Source: Phoronis australis (Eukaryota > Animalia > Phoronida). From it: a stretch of DNA of 64,000 nt. A model generated the notes under the pieces. It was not told where the DNA came from. It did not search any database and saw nothing but the letters and a program-made list of their open reading frames with translations. Below are positions 27,765-40,400 of the stretch, piece after piece. The DNA lies in contig NMRA01000016.1 of assembly GCA_002633005.1 (NCBI GenBank), positions 734,628-798,627 on the forward strand, given 5' to 3'. The number at the start of each line of letters is the position of its first letter. Within the stretch, counting starts at the first letter, position 1. A program made the translations under genes and the position numbers.

Positions 27765-28281
27765 TCCCCTAAAAACAAAATGACCCCCACACCAATCTGT
27801 GGTGCTCGGGTAGTAGATTCGATCCACATATACAGCTTCTCGCTGCATTCCAATCCTTGTATATACATGTATGAAGGGTACGATTTCTTTCAGTCAATTC
27901 TATAGGCGAAGAACTTTAATTGGACAAAATTAAGTTGTACAATTGACAGTGTAAAACGTGACGTCTCAGAGTCTGATTAGTTATCTGTCTTTTGAACTAG
28001 AGTATTTGATTTTCAACGGAATCAAAGTCCCACTTCTACTTCTATGTATTGGAAAATAATGAATTAGCATTTAAAAGACACATTGCATGTGTGTAGTATA
28101 ATGCTTTGTGATCACGGCTATAGGTCAGAATGGTTGAAAAAATAAAAAAAAGTCTGAATTTAGTTTTAACAGAGCCCATGATCACACAAAGGTCAGCAAA
28201 TTTCTTAAAGTGATGGACAATACGACTGTTGCGTACTTGCATGAGCTCAGTGCGACGATATGCTTACACTCTGTTTCGCAG

Positions 28282-28422
28282 GTGGCTTGTTCGAAACCGA
28301 AGACTTAGAAAAGGCGTTTAGATTGGCAACTGAGCAATGTAACCAGAGACGCTTCCCAAAGTCGTTCAGGATAGTGACTTCAGTCATTGATATCCGCAAC
28401 AGTACACAGTTTGCTTCAAAGT
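28282..28422 (+). CDS. GRIA: GluA-like ATD exon ([16 protein letters not shown]...)
   Basis: cgcag| acceptor, T|gtaag donor, phase 1-1. Confidence 0.85.
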
Positions 28423-31400
28423 GTAAGAAAATATTTCTGTACACTTTATTTTCTTCTTACCACTTATCACAATACTCATGTCGTCGCTGACCAAGCGGGT
28501 TTGTTTCAGTCTTCCAAGTATCTGCTGTCGTAAGGGATGTGTCTAACTATGCTGAAATGTTCGTTAGGGGCGCATTCTGAGCTTGCCTACGGAAATTATC
28601 ACAGTCAGCGAATCACAAGTGTTACGAGGGCACATGATTAGTATTGGCATAATTTTGCAATGGAGCTTACGTAATTGTCTCGCAGCATACACACAAATTA
28701 ACACATTTTGGCCGCAATGCTGCAACTTTCTAATTCATAATTTCACAACACATGTTTTTATAACCATTTTCCAGTTTGTATGATGGCCGAACAGAAAGTT
28801 GTCGTTATCTTCGGTTCAGTGCATCCTTTAACGCAGACAACAATGGAGTCTTATTCCCGGACCATGGGCATCCCTTACATATCTCACAGCCACACGGACG
28901 TAACCACGGGTCGCAACAACGGTTTTCAAATCTACATGAGTCCTGTATACGAGCATGCCGTAATCGATGTAATCAAGCAGCTGGGTTGGAAGCATACATA
29001 TTTCATGTATGACAGTTTCGCAGGTAAATTATACATGTCGTCATCACACACCAGTGCAGGTGATGGCCAAGTGGTACCCGCGATACGGTGCTCCGGTCGC
29101 TATTAAGCATTTGAAACCTCCATAAAACACGACGACAGTGAAACCAGTACCAGAACAATGCACAAAACAAGAGTTGTTAGAAGGACAGGTGCCGTATATT
29201 GAACAAAGGACAAACGCCAGAGAGACCTTTTTAAAACAATTGAAGAATTGTTGTCTTTCAGCAGTATACACATTGCTTTCCATACTGTTCCTCGATGTTT
29301 TGACACAATAACCATTACCATCATGCCTTCAAGTTCAGGCTGAGGTTAAAACTGCATGGTGCGGTGGCCATAGCCTGTCAGCAACGGCGTATTCGCCCAA
29401 CCAAGCGTTGACACAATTAGATATTAATTGTCCCCTCAAACTTCGAACACCATGTAAGAACTTCGTCGATTATGCTGCAAATTGCCATATAAAGTATGTG
29501 CTGAAATGATTGCAACACAAAACTTACATGCATCGCTCCAGGCCTTCACCGAGTTCAACAACTGTATAGCAGTCTGGAACGAGCGGACACGCCGGCGTCT
29601 TCATTCGTCAACATAGAACTGCTGAAGGTATCCGGGCCTGACGACGCTTTGAAGAAACTTTCCAGACTTCATCAGCAGGACCCCAAACGTCTGCGCCGAC
29701 TGCTGGTGGATATGTCGCTTAAAGACACGCAGAAACTCATCACCAAGCTGGTAAGTCAGCCTCCAGGGATACCTTATATGGAGATATGGTTGGAAAGCGA
29801 CGCCAATTTTGGAGGCGATTTTGCCTCCAATTTATAAATCACGATTGTACTGTCCACATTCAGGTGTCATTTTGGATGAGGATCGTTCCTATCTCGATTG
29901 TCGTCTCGGGTGCAAAATTTTCAATGTATGGTTCCCGGCAGGTATACCAAATACAAGAAATAGCACAGCGATTAACGGAAGTGGTACGGATAGTGGAGAC
30001 TTGGATAGGGTACTTCGCCATTTAGCGTAGTATCAGGTTCCCATTTTTTCAGTGGCCCTGCTTTTGCATTGACCAGTTCCCCGGGCGATGGTAATTTCGC
30101 AAAATCTTGAATTTTACACTAGAACACCAACATTTTTGTACAATATTTTAATCTGTATTAGTAATGTTAAATTTTTGTGTTGTTGGAATAGTATTATTAA
30201 AATCTATTGCTCTATTTACACTGACTTCTTATCTATTTACACTGTCACGACGTTTCGGTCGGTCTATTCTCCGGCCATCGTCAGGTATTCCTGCGTTCTT
30301 AGAAGAACGAGCACAGATATGTGGTACATTCATCGTAGTGTGCTTTTTGAGTCCGTGGTGTAGTGGTTAAGGTGTTGGACTCAAATTATCTGTAGTTTCA
30401 GAAGTCGTGGGTTCAAATCCTGCCTTGGACAAAAAATCACACCAAGATGAGTGTACCACATATCCGTGCTCGTTCTCTTCTAAGAACGCAGGAACAGCTG
30501 ACGATGGTCGGAGAATAGACCGACCGAAACTTCTTGACAGTGTAAATGGACAAGAGGTCGGTGTAAATTGACGAACAGATTTTTGAATAATAGTAACACG
30601 CCACCGCCTCAGAGCGGTTTTAGAAAGTCATTGTTGAAATAGGTTTTTGCACAGGAATTCTGAAGCAAATTTGACTTTATCCATCGAGCTCTAGTGAGTT
30701 TATGACAAATACTCAGCCACAATATTTCTTCTTGCAGTACGACCTGAGTCCTATGATGCGCAGTAAGTTCCACACGTTCGTCTCTGGCATTGGATTCAAC
30801 GAGATGAACATAAGCGAGTTTTACATCAAACAAACCAGTCTTAACCTAACAGGAATGCGGATAGTTAATGAAAGAGAGCCTGAAGTTGAACGCTTCTTTG
30901 GGCTGTGGAAGAGAGGAAAAGAACGAGACATCGCCATCTCGGTTGGTAAAGTAACATGTACATGCGATCTATACATAAAACGTTACATATTCTAGTCGAC
31001 AACGTGACCAGGCCAACTCATTGAGTTGGACAATTTCATTACGTCGGGAAAAAGAATCGTAGAGGATCGGCTCTGTGTTCTTCAACTTGATCAGACCATT
31101 GCCGGAGTTTTTTGTTTGTAAGTTGTTTCACTACGCATATTCTTCCAAAATATTTTCCCTCACACTGTCTGATTAGTCCGACACGACTCGGCTTGTGACG
31201 CACAATCAGCTGAGTTGAACATAGACAAATGGTGTACGTAAGTTTCATAAATTGTCAGTGTGCCTGCGGCGTTACAACGCGAGGTAAGCAAAATACAAAA
31301 TTGAGATTAACCTGTGGATACTCATGACGTTTCACTAGTCAGTGTCATCTTAATTACATGCATTTGCAGTTACTATAGCAAACAGAGATTAGCATGCAAG

Positions 31401-34400
31401 TAGGACCAAAACAAAGGTTGGAAAGTATTATACACGAACGATGTACATGTATATTGTACCGACACCAAAACGTACAGTAGGGCAATTCAGAAGCTTCGTT
31501 GAACTGCAGCTGAAGTGATGCAAACACCGCGTTTTGTCGTCAAACACTAACCATTGAAACTAAATATTAATTAATACCATACCGACGTGAGGGCACGTCA
31601 ATGCAACGTTGAAACGACATTTGTAATACCAGCTAAACTTTGTCAAAGTTGGTTGAAAGGGGTCTTCAGCGTAAATCTCCGAGAGATTCTCGGTGATTCG
31701 GTGATGACATTCAAAAATAGTGTGTGTTGTTTTGTAACCGTTAGCTGTGCATGTCGACGCAATGGACTACTTTCTTTTTCAGTACAAAGCTGCTCTCATA
31801 AAAGACTCCGTGTCACTGTTTGACAAAATTCTCTACGACTCCGGAAGCACATTCAAGTCACACCTGTTAAAAAAGCCCACGTCTTGCCTTGAGAATGTCA
31901 CAGCGTGGCAATACGGAAGAGACCTCGCAAGGAGAATTAAGAAGGTACTATGTAGGCTATTTGTTCTTGATTTCACTGGAAACCCTGAAAAAAATCTTCT
32001 ACCTGTGGACAAAGATGAGTGACGTTTATATGTACATGTATTACCTTATCGGGAAGTCTGGGTTTTCAACCGTAGTCCTACAAAAGTTAAATTTAATTCA
32101 GTAAAAGTAAATATTTTCAGAATGAGAAAAACTGTTGACTTTATACCAATTCACGACGGTTAATTGGGTCACGTGAATATGTCTTGTAAGTAAATTTAGG
32201 CAGGAAAAAGAGGTGCATCCAAAGTAAAATAACGGTATAAATCATACGAACAAAATTAATTTTCTTTTGATATAAAGTGTAGACCATAAAATCTTAAAAA
32301 CGCGTTTCTTATCGTTTGTTTTCGTTTTACGCACCTTTTGATTTACAGTTAAAAAAGTCCTTGAAGTCCTAATTTTATATACCCTCGTACAAAACAGGAA
32401 CGAGCATAAAGTATATATGTAGTAATTGAACGCTCCATTTGAATCAGGCCAGCCGTGTCTAATATTTTGAAGTGAGCCAAATTTGGTTATTGTCTCGAGG
32501 TTACATGCAACCATAAAGTATGTAGAAAATTAAATCAATTACTGGACTTACGGATTGAGTTGGCTACGTTGCGTCCTCCTTTCGAGGACTTCGACAGGCC
32601 ACTGAGGTGTCACGTGACTCGTCATGTGGTCCACAGCACAGTTTGCGCGGGATACTCTTTAGTGCCCTATCCCACGTCCTTGGCAACAGAAACCTCAGGC
32701 CCCCTTGTCTGTTTAGGCTAAGATTCTCAACTCTTTCATAAATAGCTTCCTTGACACCTCTCCTGAGCCAATTTTCCTCTCTATCCAGAATTTTGACATC
32801 ATCCAGGGAGAAAGAGTGGTCTGTGGCAGCTATATGACTAAAAACCGCAGAATCATAGCAGTCCCCTTACTAGGTCTACGATGTTGATTGATACGACTTT
32901 TCAACTTTTCAGGGCTTATTTGGTTTCCCCAATGTATACTTTCCCACACCCTAGTTCCGAGCATGAAATGCCATACACCTTTTTTCTCTTTCGTGGTCTT
33001 ATCTTTCACATTCATTAGCTGACTCCTTATATTGTACTAATTGGTTGGAACGCAACAGAAATATCGTGGCCCTTCATATGAGATTTTACCTGGTCTGAAA
33101 TCTATGGCACAAAAGGTAATGTTATCCTAACGTCTCCCCTGTTGTCAGGCTGCGTGTTCTGAGGCATGACTCCGCCATGGTCTACCTTGTGGAATGACCA
33201 CTCAGGATAGCCACATCTCTTTAATACTGTTCTGTTGTAATTCAATTCAGCATCAATGCCCTCCTCCTCAGAGCCCACGGTCCCAGCTTTCTATGGGTTG
33301 CCCAAAATACATAAACCAGAACCTATACTGGTTCGGTCGATCGTAAGCTGTATTGGTTCTGTCACTTACGCTAAATTTATTTCGAGAATCATCTCGCCCC
33401 TGCTTGGCTTGTCTCGACAACATGTAAAGAACACTCAGTCATTCATTAAGTACATAGGAAACCTAGTGATGGAAGAAGATGAGAGCATTACTGCCTATGA
33501 TGTGAGTACTTTGTTTACGTGTGTACCCCCGATGACGCTTTGACGGTTGCGAGAGAACACCTACCGCAGGATAATTCCCAGAGTGATAGAACAACCCTAT
33601 GGATAGACACTATTTGCCAGCTACTGGAGCTAACACTTAAGTCCACTTACTTCTCTTTTGAAGAGAACGTCTACATCCAGTCCAATGGATGTGCCATAGG
33701 CTCTCCTGTTTCCCCGATTGTGGTGAACTTATACATGGAGGACTTTGAGAGGAAGGCGTTAGCATCCTATGATGGAGTTCCACATAGACTCTGACTGAGA
33801 TATGTAGATGACACGTTTGCAGTGCTAAAAATTCTAAAAAGACAGGGTTCTTCGAACACATTAATCAATGTGACACCAATATCAAGTTTACTCAAAAAGA
33901 ATCTAGAGACAACTCTTTACCGTTCCTGGATTGTTTAGTGACTATTGTAGACAGGCGTATTAAGACCAACATTTATACGAGGCCCACTTACACGGACTAC
34001 TATCTTCCGTTTGACTCCATTCACCCTTTGATGCACGCTGGGCGGGATTAGAACGTTAGACTAGCGTGCAAAAACCATCCCCAACACGGAGGAATACATT
34101 GATGATGAATTGGATTACAACAGAACACTATTAAAGAGATGTGGCTATCCTGAGTGGTCATTCCACAAGGCAGACCATTGCGGAGTCAGGCCTCATAACA
34201 CGCAGCCTGACAACAGGGGAGACATCAGGATAACATTACCTTTTGTGCCAGGGATTTAAATCAGACCAGGTTAAATCTCATATGAGAGGCCACGATATTT
34301 TTTTGCGTTCCAACCAATTAGCACCATCAGGAGTCAGCTCATGAATGAGAAAGATAAGACCACGAAAGAGCAAAAAGCAAATTTGGTGTAGTGGCATTTC

Positions 34401-37400
34401 ATGCTCGGAACCAAGGTGTGGGAAAGTATACATTGGGGTAACCAAACAAGCCCTGAAAAGTCGTATCAATCAACAATGTAGACCAAGTTATGGGGACTGC
34501 TGTGATTCTGATGTTTTTAGTCATATAGCTGCCACAGACCACTCTTTCTCCCTGGATGATGTCAAAATTCTGGATAGAGAGGAGAGGTGTCAAGGAAGCT
34601 ATTTATGAAAGAGTTGAGAATCCTAGCCTAAACAGACAAGGGGATGACCTGAGGTTTCTGTTGCCAAGGACGTAGGATAGGGCACTAAAGAGTGTCCCTC
34701 GTTAAGTGTGCTGTGGATCACATGGCGAGTCACGTGACACCGTCACATCGTAGCCAACTCAATCCGTAAGTCCAGTAATTGATTTAATTTTCTACATATT
34801 ATTACTCAATTGGATGACTGGAAGTATTCATCGCGCAACCTTAAAGTATTACGCATATAAACTTGACAATGCCCGAGAAACAACACATATTTAAGCGACC
34901 GTGGAAGTTTGTTCCAGAAAGTGATAGTAATTGCACGCCACTGACTTTTTGCCGAAAACAAGGCAGCTGTGGGAAAAGACTACCCACGAAGGACTATCCG
35001 TGACATAGAGAGTGCGAGTTTTTAGTTGATCCCTCCCTTTAACTTGGAAGGTTGACGCCAGTGCTAGGTGACAGAACGAGGAATGGTTGAAATCATCAAA
35101 ACAGGGTTTATTTTCCTTTTAACAAGCACTGTGTTTCGTTTCGAGACCGAATGTCTCACGTTTGCATTGTCACCAGTCGTTTGTTTTATGAATACTCACA
35201 CCGACGTCTCATTTCAGGCGACATTCAGGAACAACCAGTACTATCGTGGACTGACGGGCTGGGTACAGTTTGATGATGCCGGTTATCGTAGAGGGTTTTC
35301 CCTTGATGTTATTGAGAAGGCACCCAATCCCAGTACTGGCCTAGCAATAGTAAGTATAACAACAATATCTGTGTTATGTGACGACTTTGACGCAGTAACG
35401 GGACAGAACGAGGATTGGTTTACTCACAATAGGGTTTAATTTCCTCCTAATTGCTTTTCGAAAGGAGTCCATAATTCTACGTGCTCGTCAAATAAATTTA
35501 ATTGACAGATACGCTAAAGATACAAATTCGCAAAAGAATCTGAGTAAAACCTGTAAACAGAACAAAAGAGATCGACATTCGGGCTAAGACTCATAGGACT
35601 TGATACATCATCTTTGCACGCGTCTCTGCCAAACCTACATTCAGAAATGCTCAAATTCTTGACAAGGTTTCAGGGCCACTTTACATTTACTTCACTGCTT
35701 ATGTTGATGCTCAAACAGTAGTGTTATTTGAATTTTATTCAAGGTCGCAAAATGGCAATGCCAAGGGACGTCTTACAGCGAGAACCAAAGAAGGGACCCA
35801 TCTAGTTGTTACAGTAACATACGACCTCCGCAAAATTACAGGCCGGGAACCAGCGAGCATCTTGAGAACAAGGAACCGTTGAAAGTCACAACGCACATAG
35901 TAAGATGATTTCTCAACTTACGTTCCAGGTCAAGACGAAAGCGTATCTATCTTTTGTAGTGTGGCGTTCATCCCAATTAGATCACGCCGTGACGACATGC
36001 AACGTTTCCGCAATGACATACAGTGCTTCTAACCCGTTTCCGTCGAAAATAACTTTTGATTTAAACCACGTGACGGAACAAGGACAGTCCACATGCACTC
36101 GCCTTCTGTTAAAAAACGTATCGCAATCAAGTTGGTCTCAGCCCCTGCGGTTCTTTAGAATTAGTTTCTGGGATTACGGAGAAACGGATAAATGGCTACT
36201 TCTTGAGAAGAGGCTCAATAATACGGACATTTTATACGTTCAAAGCATAATGACCCCTGTTACCTGGAAACGCTCTAGTTAGTCAACGTGAAAATTGACG
36301 AAAATCTATTTTTAAGATTATTGTATTTTGCCATCAGTTTAAGGCAGCAAGTGCGAAAAACTCTTCCCCGTAAACAATTTTCAAACCGGAAGAACCTTGT
36401 AATAGATTTTTTAAGGAAAATGACAGAAAAAAGCGGAAAACCAAAGTTGCCTTCCACGGACTATTTATAGGATTTCCAGGTTACGTGAACGTGCCGAGTA
36501 ATATACAATGTACTATCTAGCGTTTGGACACACAACCAGCCTATACGGCTAACAAAGTGACTGGTCTAGACAACTTATCGAGTCTGGTATCGAGCAATAA
36601 CGATTTTCTGATTTTACCAAGCCTGGAAATGGCTTGCAAACTTTGGTACCAGTTGTAATATAATGAACGATCTTAATCAAAAGTTATTCTTGACAGAAGG
36701 TCAGTTCATATGTAGCACCTTCTACGCACCGACGTCGACGGCAACGGTAGTCAGGGTGGAAGACGGCTGAAAAGTGTGCCCACGCGTACACTTTACGAGT
36801 ATATTGCCGTTTCGTATAATGTCTATCCTAGACAAAGATATCTTGTTCATAATTACGTGTATCTACGTGAACAATTGTCAACTTTCGTTACTAACTAGGG
36901 TGACATTCTGTAATATTTTCAATTGTTCTGCAATTTAATTTGCTACTAGGGCGAAAGGGGCTTCTAAACATGCTTGAGTAAATAAGTGATATGGCAAACG
37001 GACTTGAACACGTTTAGCTTTCATATACGCAGTACGGTTACGACCAATCGAATAGGCATGACTGCAGGAGCAAAATAAACATTTGCAATCACTGTTGAAA
37101 TAGCTAGAGGATCGTCGGTTTAGACCATGGTATGTTCTGCAAAAAATTACCAGCTGCGGCGTTGAAATTTACTTAGACCATTTTGACATATTCCTTTTTT
37201 TAAAGTTTCATCAATGTAATCGTATAATGTAGTTGAAGTTGAAACGTGAATTAATTTTCAGGGAGAGCCGTATATGTCTTACAAAAAGAAGAGTGTCGAT
37301 GGAAAACCATTGCATGGCAACGACCAATTCGAAGGTTTCTGCAAGGACCTAGCTGTGGCGTTGTTTAACTATATGGGCTTGACCTTTCTGATCAGGCCGG

Positions 37401-40400
37401 TGAAAGATAAGAACTACGGTCTTCCTGATGAAAACGGGACCTGGGATGGTATGGTTGGAGAACTATTAAGAGGGGTAGGCGCACGATCTCAATCGTTGAC
37501 CATTTAAAATATGTTACTAAAGTTCAGTCGAAAGTTGAGCTGTGGGTAATTGAAAGAGCGAATACATTTTCATGTAACTGAACTAAAGAGCACAAGCATT
37601 AACACATGTTCTAATAAGTTAAAGCCAGTTTCAACGAACACTGCATTATTTCTCACATTTTGTTTTTCAAAGGAAGCTCACTTAGCGATTGCTGACTTGT
37701 CCATCACGTCGCTGCGAGAGGATGCCATTTATTTCTCAAAACCTTTCATGAGCCTCGGCATCAGCATCATGATAAAGAAACCGGCGCCTAAACCACCAAA
37801 CGAATTTTCTTTCCTCACGCCGCTAGCTTACGAAGTAAGTTATAAACCACCCAGTCTGACTGGCTGTTTGTCGGAAATAAGCTCAGTCGAATAAACACGT
37901 AGGTCAAGTAGATCTAGATATGAAATATTTTCCTGAACCAACAGCACATATTTGGTGAGAATATCCATGATTGAACGTAAATAGACCTCCTGTCTCGCAA
38001 TTTATGTGCCAAAGCATTGACATGTAGGCGGTAAGGAAGTTATCCTTGAAGAGCACTTTAACGCCAACGGCATTAACTTCTCAACAATTTTCAATAATCA
38101 ATTTTCAAAAATGCGTTGTCTCATACTAACTTAGCTTTTTTTAATGTGTCTAATATTCTTCGGCACAGACGAACGCCATTGTAAATGGTTGGTCTAACTG
38201 CAGGTTTGGATGTGTATCATTTTCGCCTACCTGGGAGTAAGCGTGGTGCTCTTCTTAGTCAGTCGCTTCAGTACTGACGAGTGGTCTATAGACGACTCCA
38301 AAGAATGCAAGAGTTGCAAGAACGTCATGTCCATATGGAATTGTCTCTGGTTCTCTCTAGGGGCCTTCATGCAACAAGGCTGTGAAATATGTCCGAAGTA
38401 AGACTCTTTCTACACATGACGCGTGCAAAAATGATAATAATTGATAGAAGATGGACGGCGAAGNACATATTTGGTGAGAATATCCATGATTGAACGTAAA
38501 TAGACCTTCTATCTCGCAATTTATGTGCCAAAGCATTGACATGTAGGCGGTAAGGAAGTTATCCTTGAAGAGCACTTTAACGCCAACGGCATTAACTTCT
38601 CAACAATTTTCACTAATCAGTTTTCAAAAATGCGTTGTCTCATACTAACTTAGCTTTTTTAATGTGTCTAATATTCTTCGGCACAGACGAACGCCATTGT
38701 AAATGGTTGGTCTAACTGCAGGTTTGGATGTGTATCATTTTCGCCTACCTGGGAGTAAGCGTGGTGCTCTTCTTAGTCAGTCGCTTCAGTACTGACGAGT
38801 GGTCTATAGACGACTCCAAAGAATGCAAGAGTTGCAAGAACGTCATGTCCATATGGAATTGTCTCTGGTTCTCTCTAGGGGCCTTCATGCAACAAGGCTG
38901 TGAAATATGTCCGAAGTAAGACTCTTTCTACACATGACGCGTGCAAAAATGATAATAATTGATAGAAGATGGACGGCGAAGAAGCTCTGACTCGTAGTTT
39001 GTACGTCTGTGTTGTTGAGCAACCATTGTTCAGTTAGATGAACTTGTAGTTCAGGCTACCAAAACACGAGTTAAAGCGGATTTTAGCCCTCCCTCACAGT
39101 AATAAGATAGAGAAACGTTGCTCAATATAGGATATGTGCTATTATCATTTGGTAAAGCTATGAAGAACCACGAAACCAGCACAGTGAAACAACAGAATCC
39201 GGTATTAGACCATTCTACTCCTTCTTTCAGATCAACTCCTGGTCGTATCGTTAGCTGTGTATGGTGGCTCTTCACGTTGATCCTGATCTCATCTTATACG
39301 GCCAACTTGGCTGCCTTTCTGACCGTCTCCAGAATGAGCTCACCCATCCAGTCAGCGGCGGATCTGGCTGCGCAAACAGTCATCAAGTACGGCTGCATAG
39401 ATTCAGGCACCACCAAAGACTTTTTTAGAGTAAGTCCAATATTCTACTTGCGCAAGCCAACGGTCTGCTTTAATATTGCATTGGACGTTTTAATTCCAAC
39501 ACATGTTGGTCTATAATGAACCTCATACGATGAATGTACCAGGAGGTCTGTCTTCCTACTGTGTACTTCACGTTCGTACGAAATGATTACGGGGCGTGAG
39601 AGAGGAAATACGGGTTGTGACCGGCGAGTTGTGTTCGTGAGAAAAAAAATTGTGTACACGCCTGAATGGTTTTAAAATAATGGGAAGGTTACTAATTATC
39701 CGATACGATTTTTCTTTAGACATTTGCTTTTGCCATGGAAGTTAACTCACCGAGCGTGATTTTCAACCGATAAAAAGTCTACTTGGTCTGTGAACATGAG
39801 ATCCGTTTGGAAACAACAAAAGCTCAACTGAAACTTGACGAAAGGTTTAGGTGTACAGCGCGCTAGTCGAGGTAACTTGTTTGTCAAACTTTACAGCGAT
39901 TTCCACAGCTGTAGGTTAAACTTTCGTTTTCAAAAGATTGGACTTTATCAACGCCTCGTTTCAGAAATCTAAAGTAGCTACTTACGAAAGAATGTGGTCG
40001 TTCATGAGCACTAACGACGATGTATTGATGAAGAGCAATAAACAGGGCATAGAAAAAGTGCGGGAATCGAACGGAAAATATGCCTTCCTAATCGACTCCA
40101 CCACCAACGACTACGTGAGCAACAGAAAGCCGTGTGACACAATGCAGGTCGGAAGTTACCTTAACAGTCAAGGATTCGGTATAGGGATGCCACTCGACTC
40201 CAAGTACAAGTAAGGCTTGTCGTTTTTCATCAATAAACCCATGTCATTCTTTTCAGCTGAAATGAAACACACCCCTCTTGCGTCAAAAACTCAAACATGG
40301 TGCTCGTCATTGACCACCATGACAGTACCACACACTTATTGTCGTTTTCTAAGAACGTTGTAACACCTGAAGATTACAAGAGAAATTAGCTACTGTCAAT

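Larger units (their letters stand above)
30192..30625 (+). mobile_element. tRNA-headed, hammerhead-bearing foldback retroposon (candidate Penelope-dependent SINE)
   Basis: ~160-bp arms (30192-30349 and 30430-30592) in inverted orientation enclose a tRNA-like segment; each arm carries CTGACGA-t-stem-GAAAC. Confidence 0.75.
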
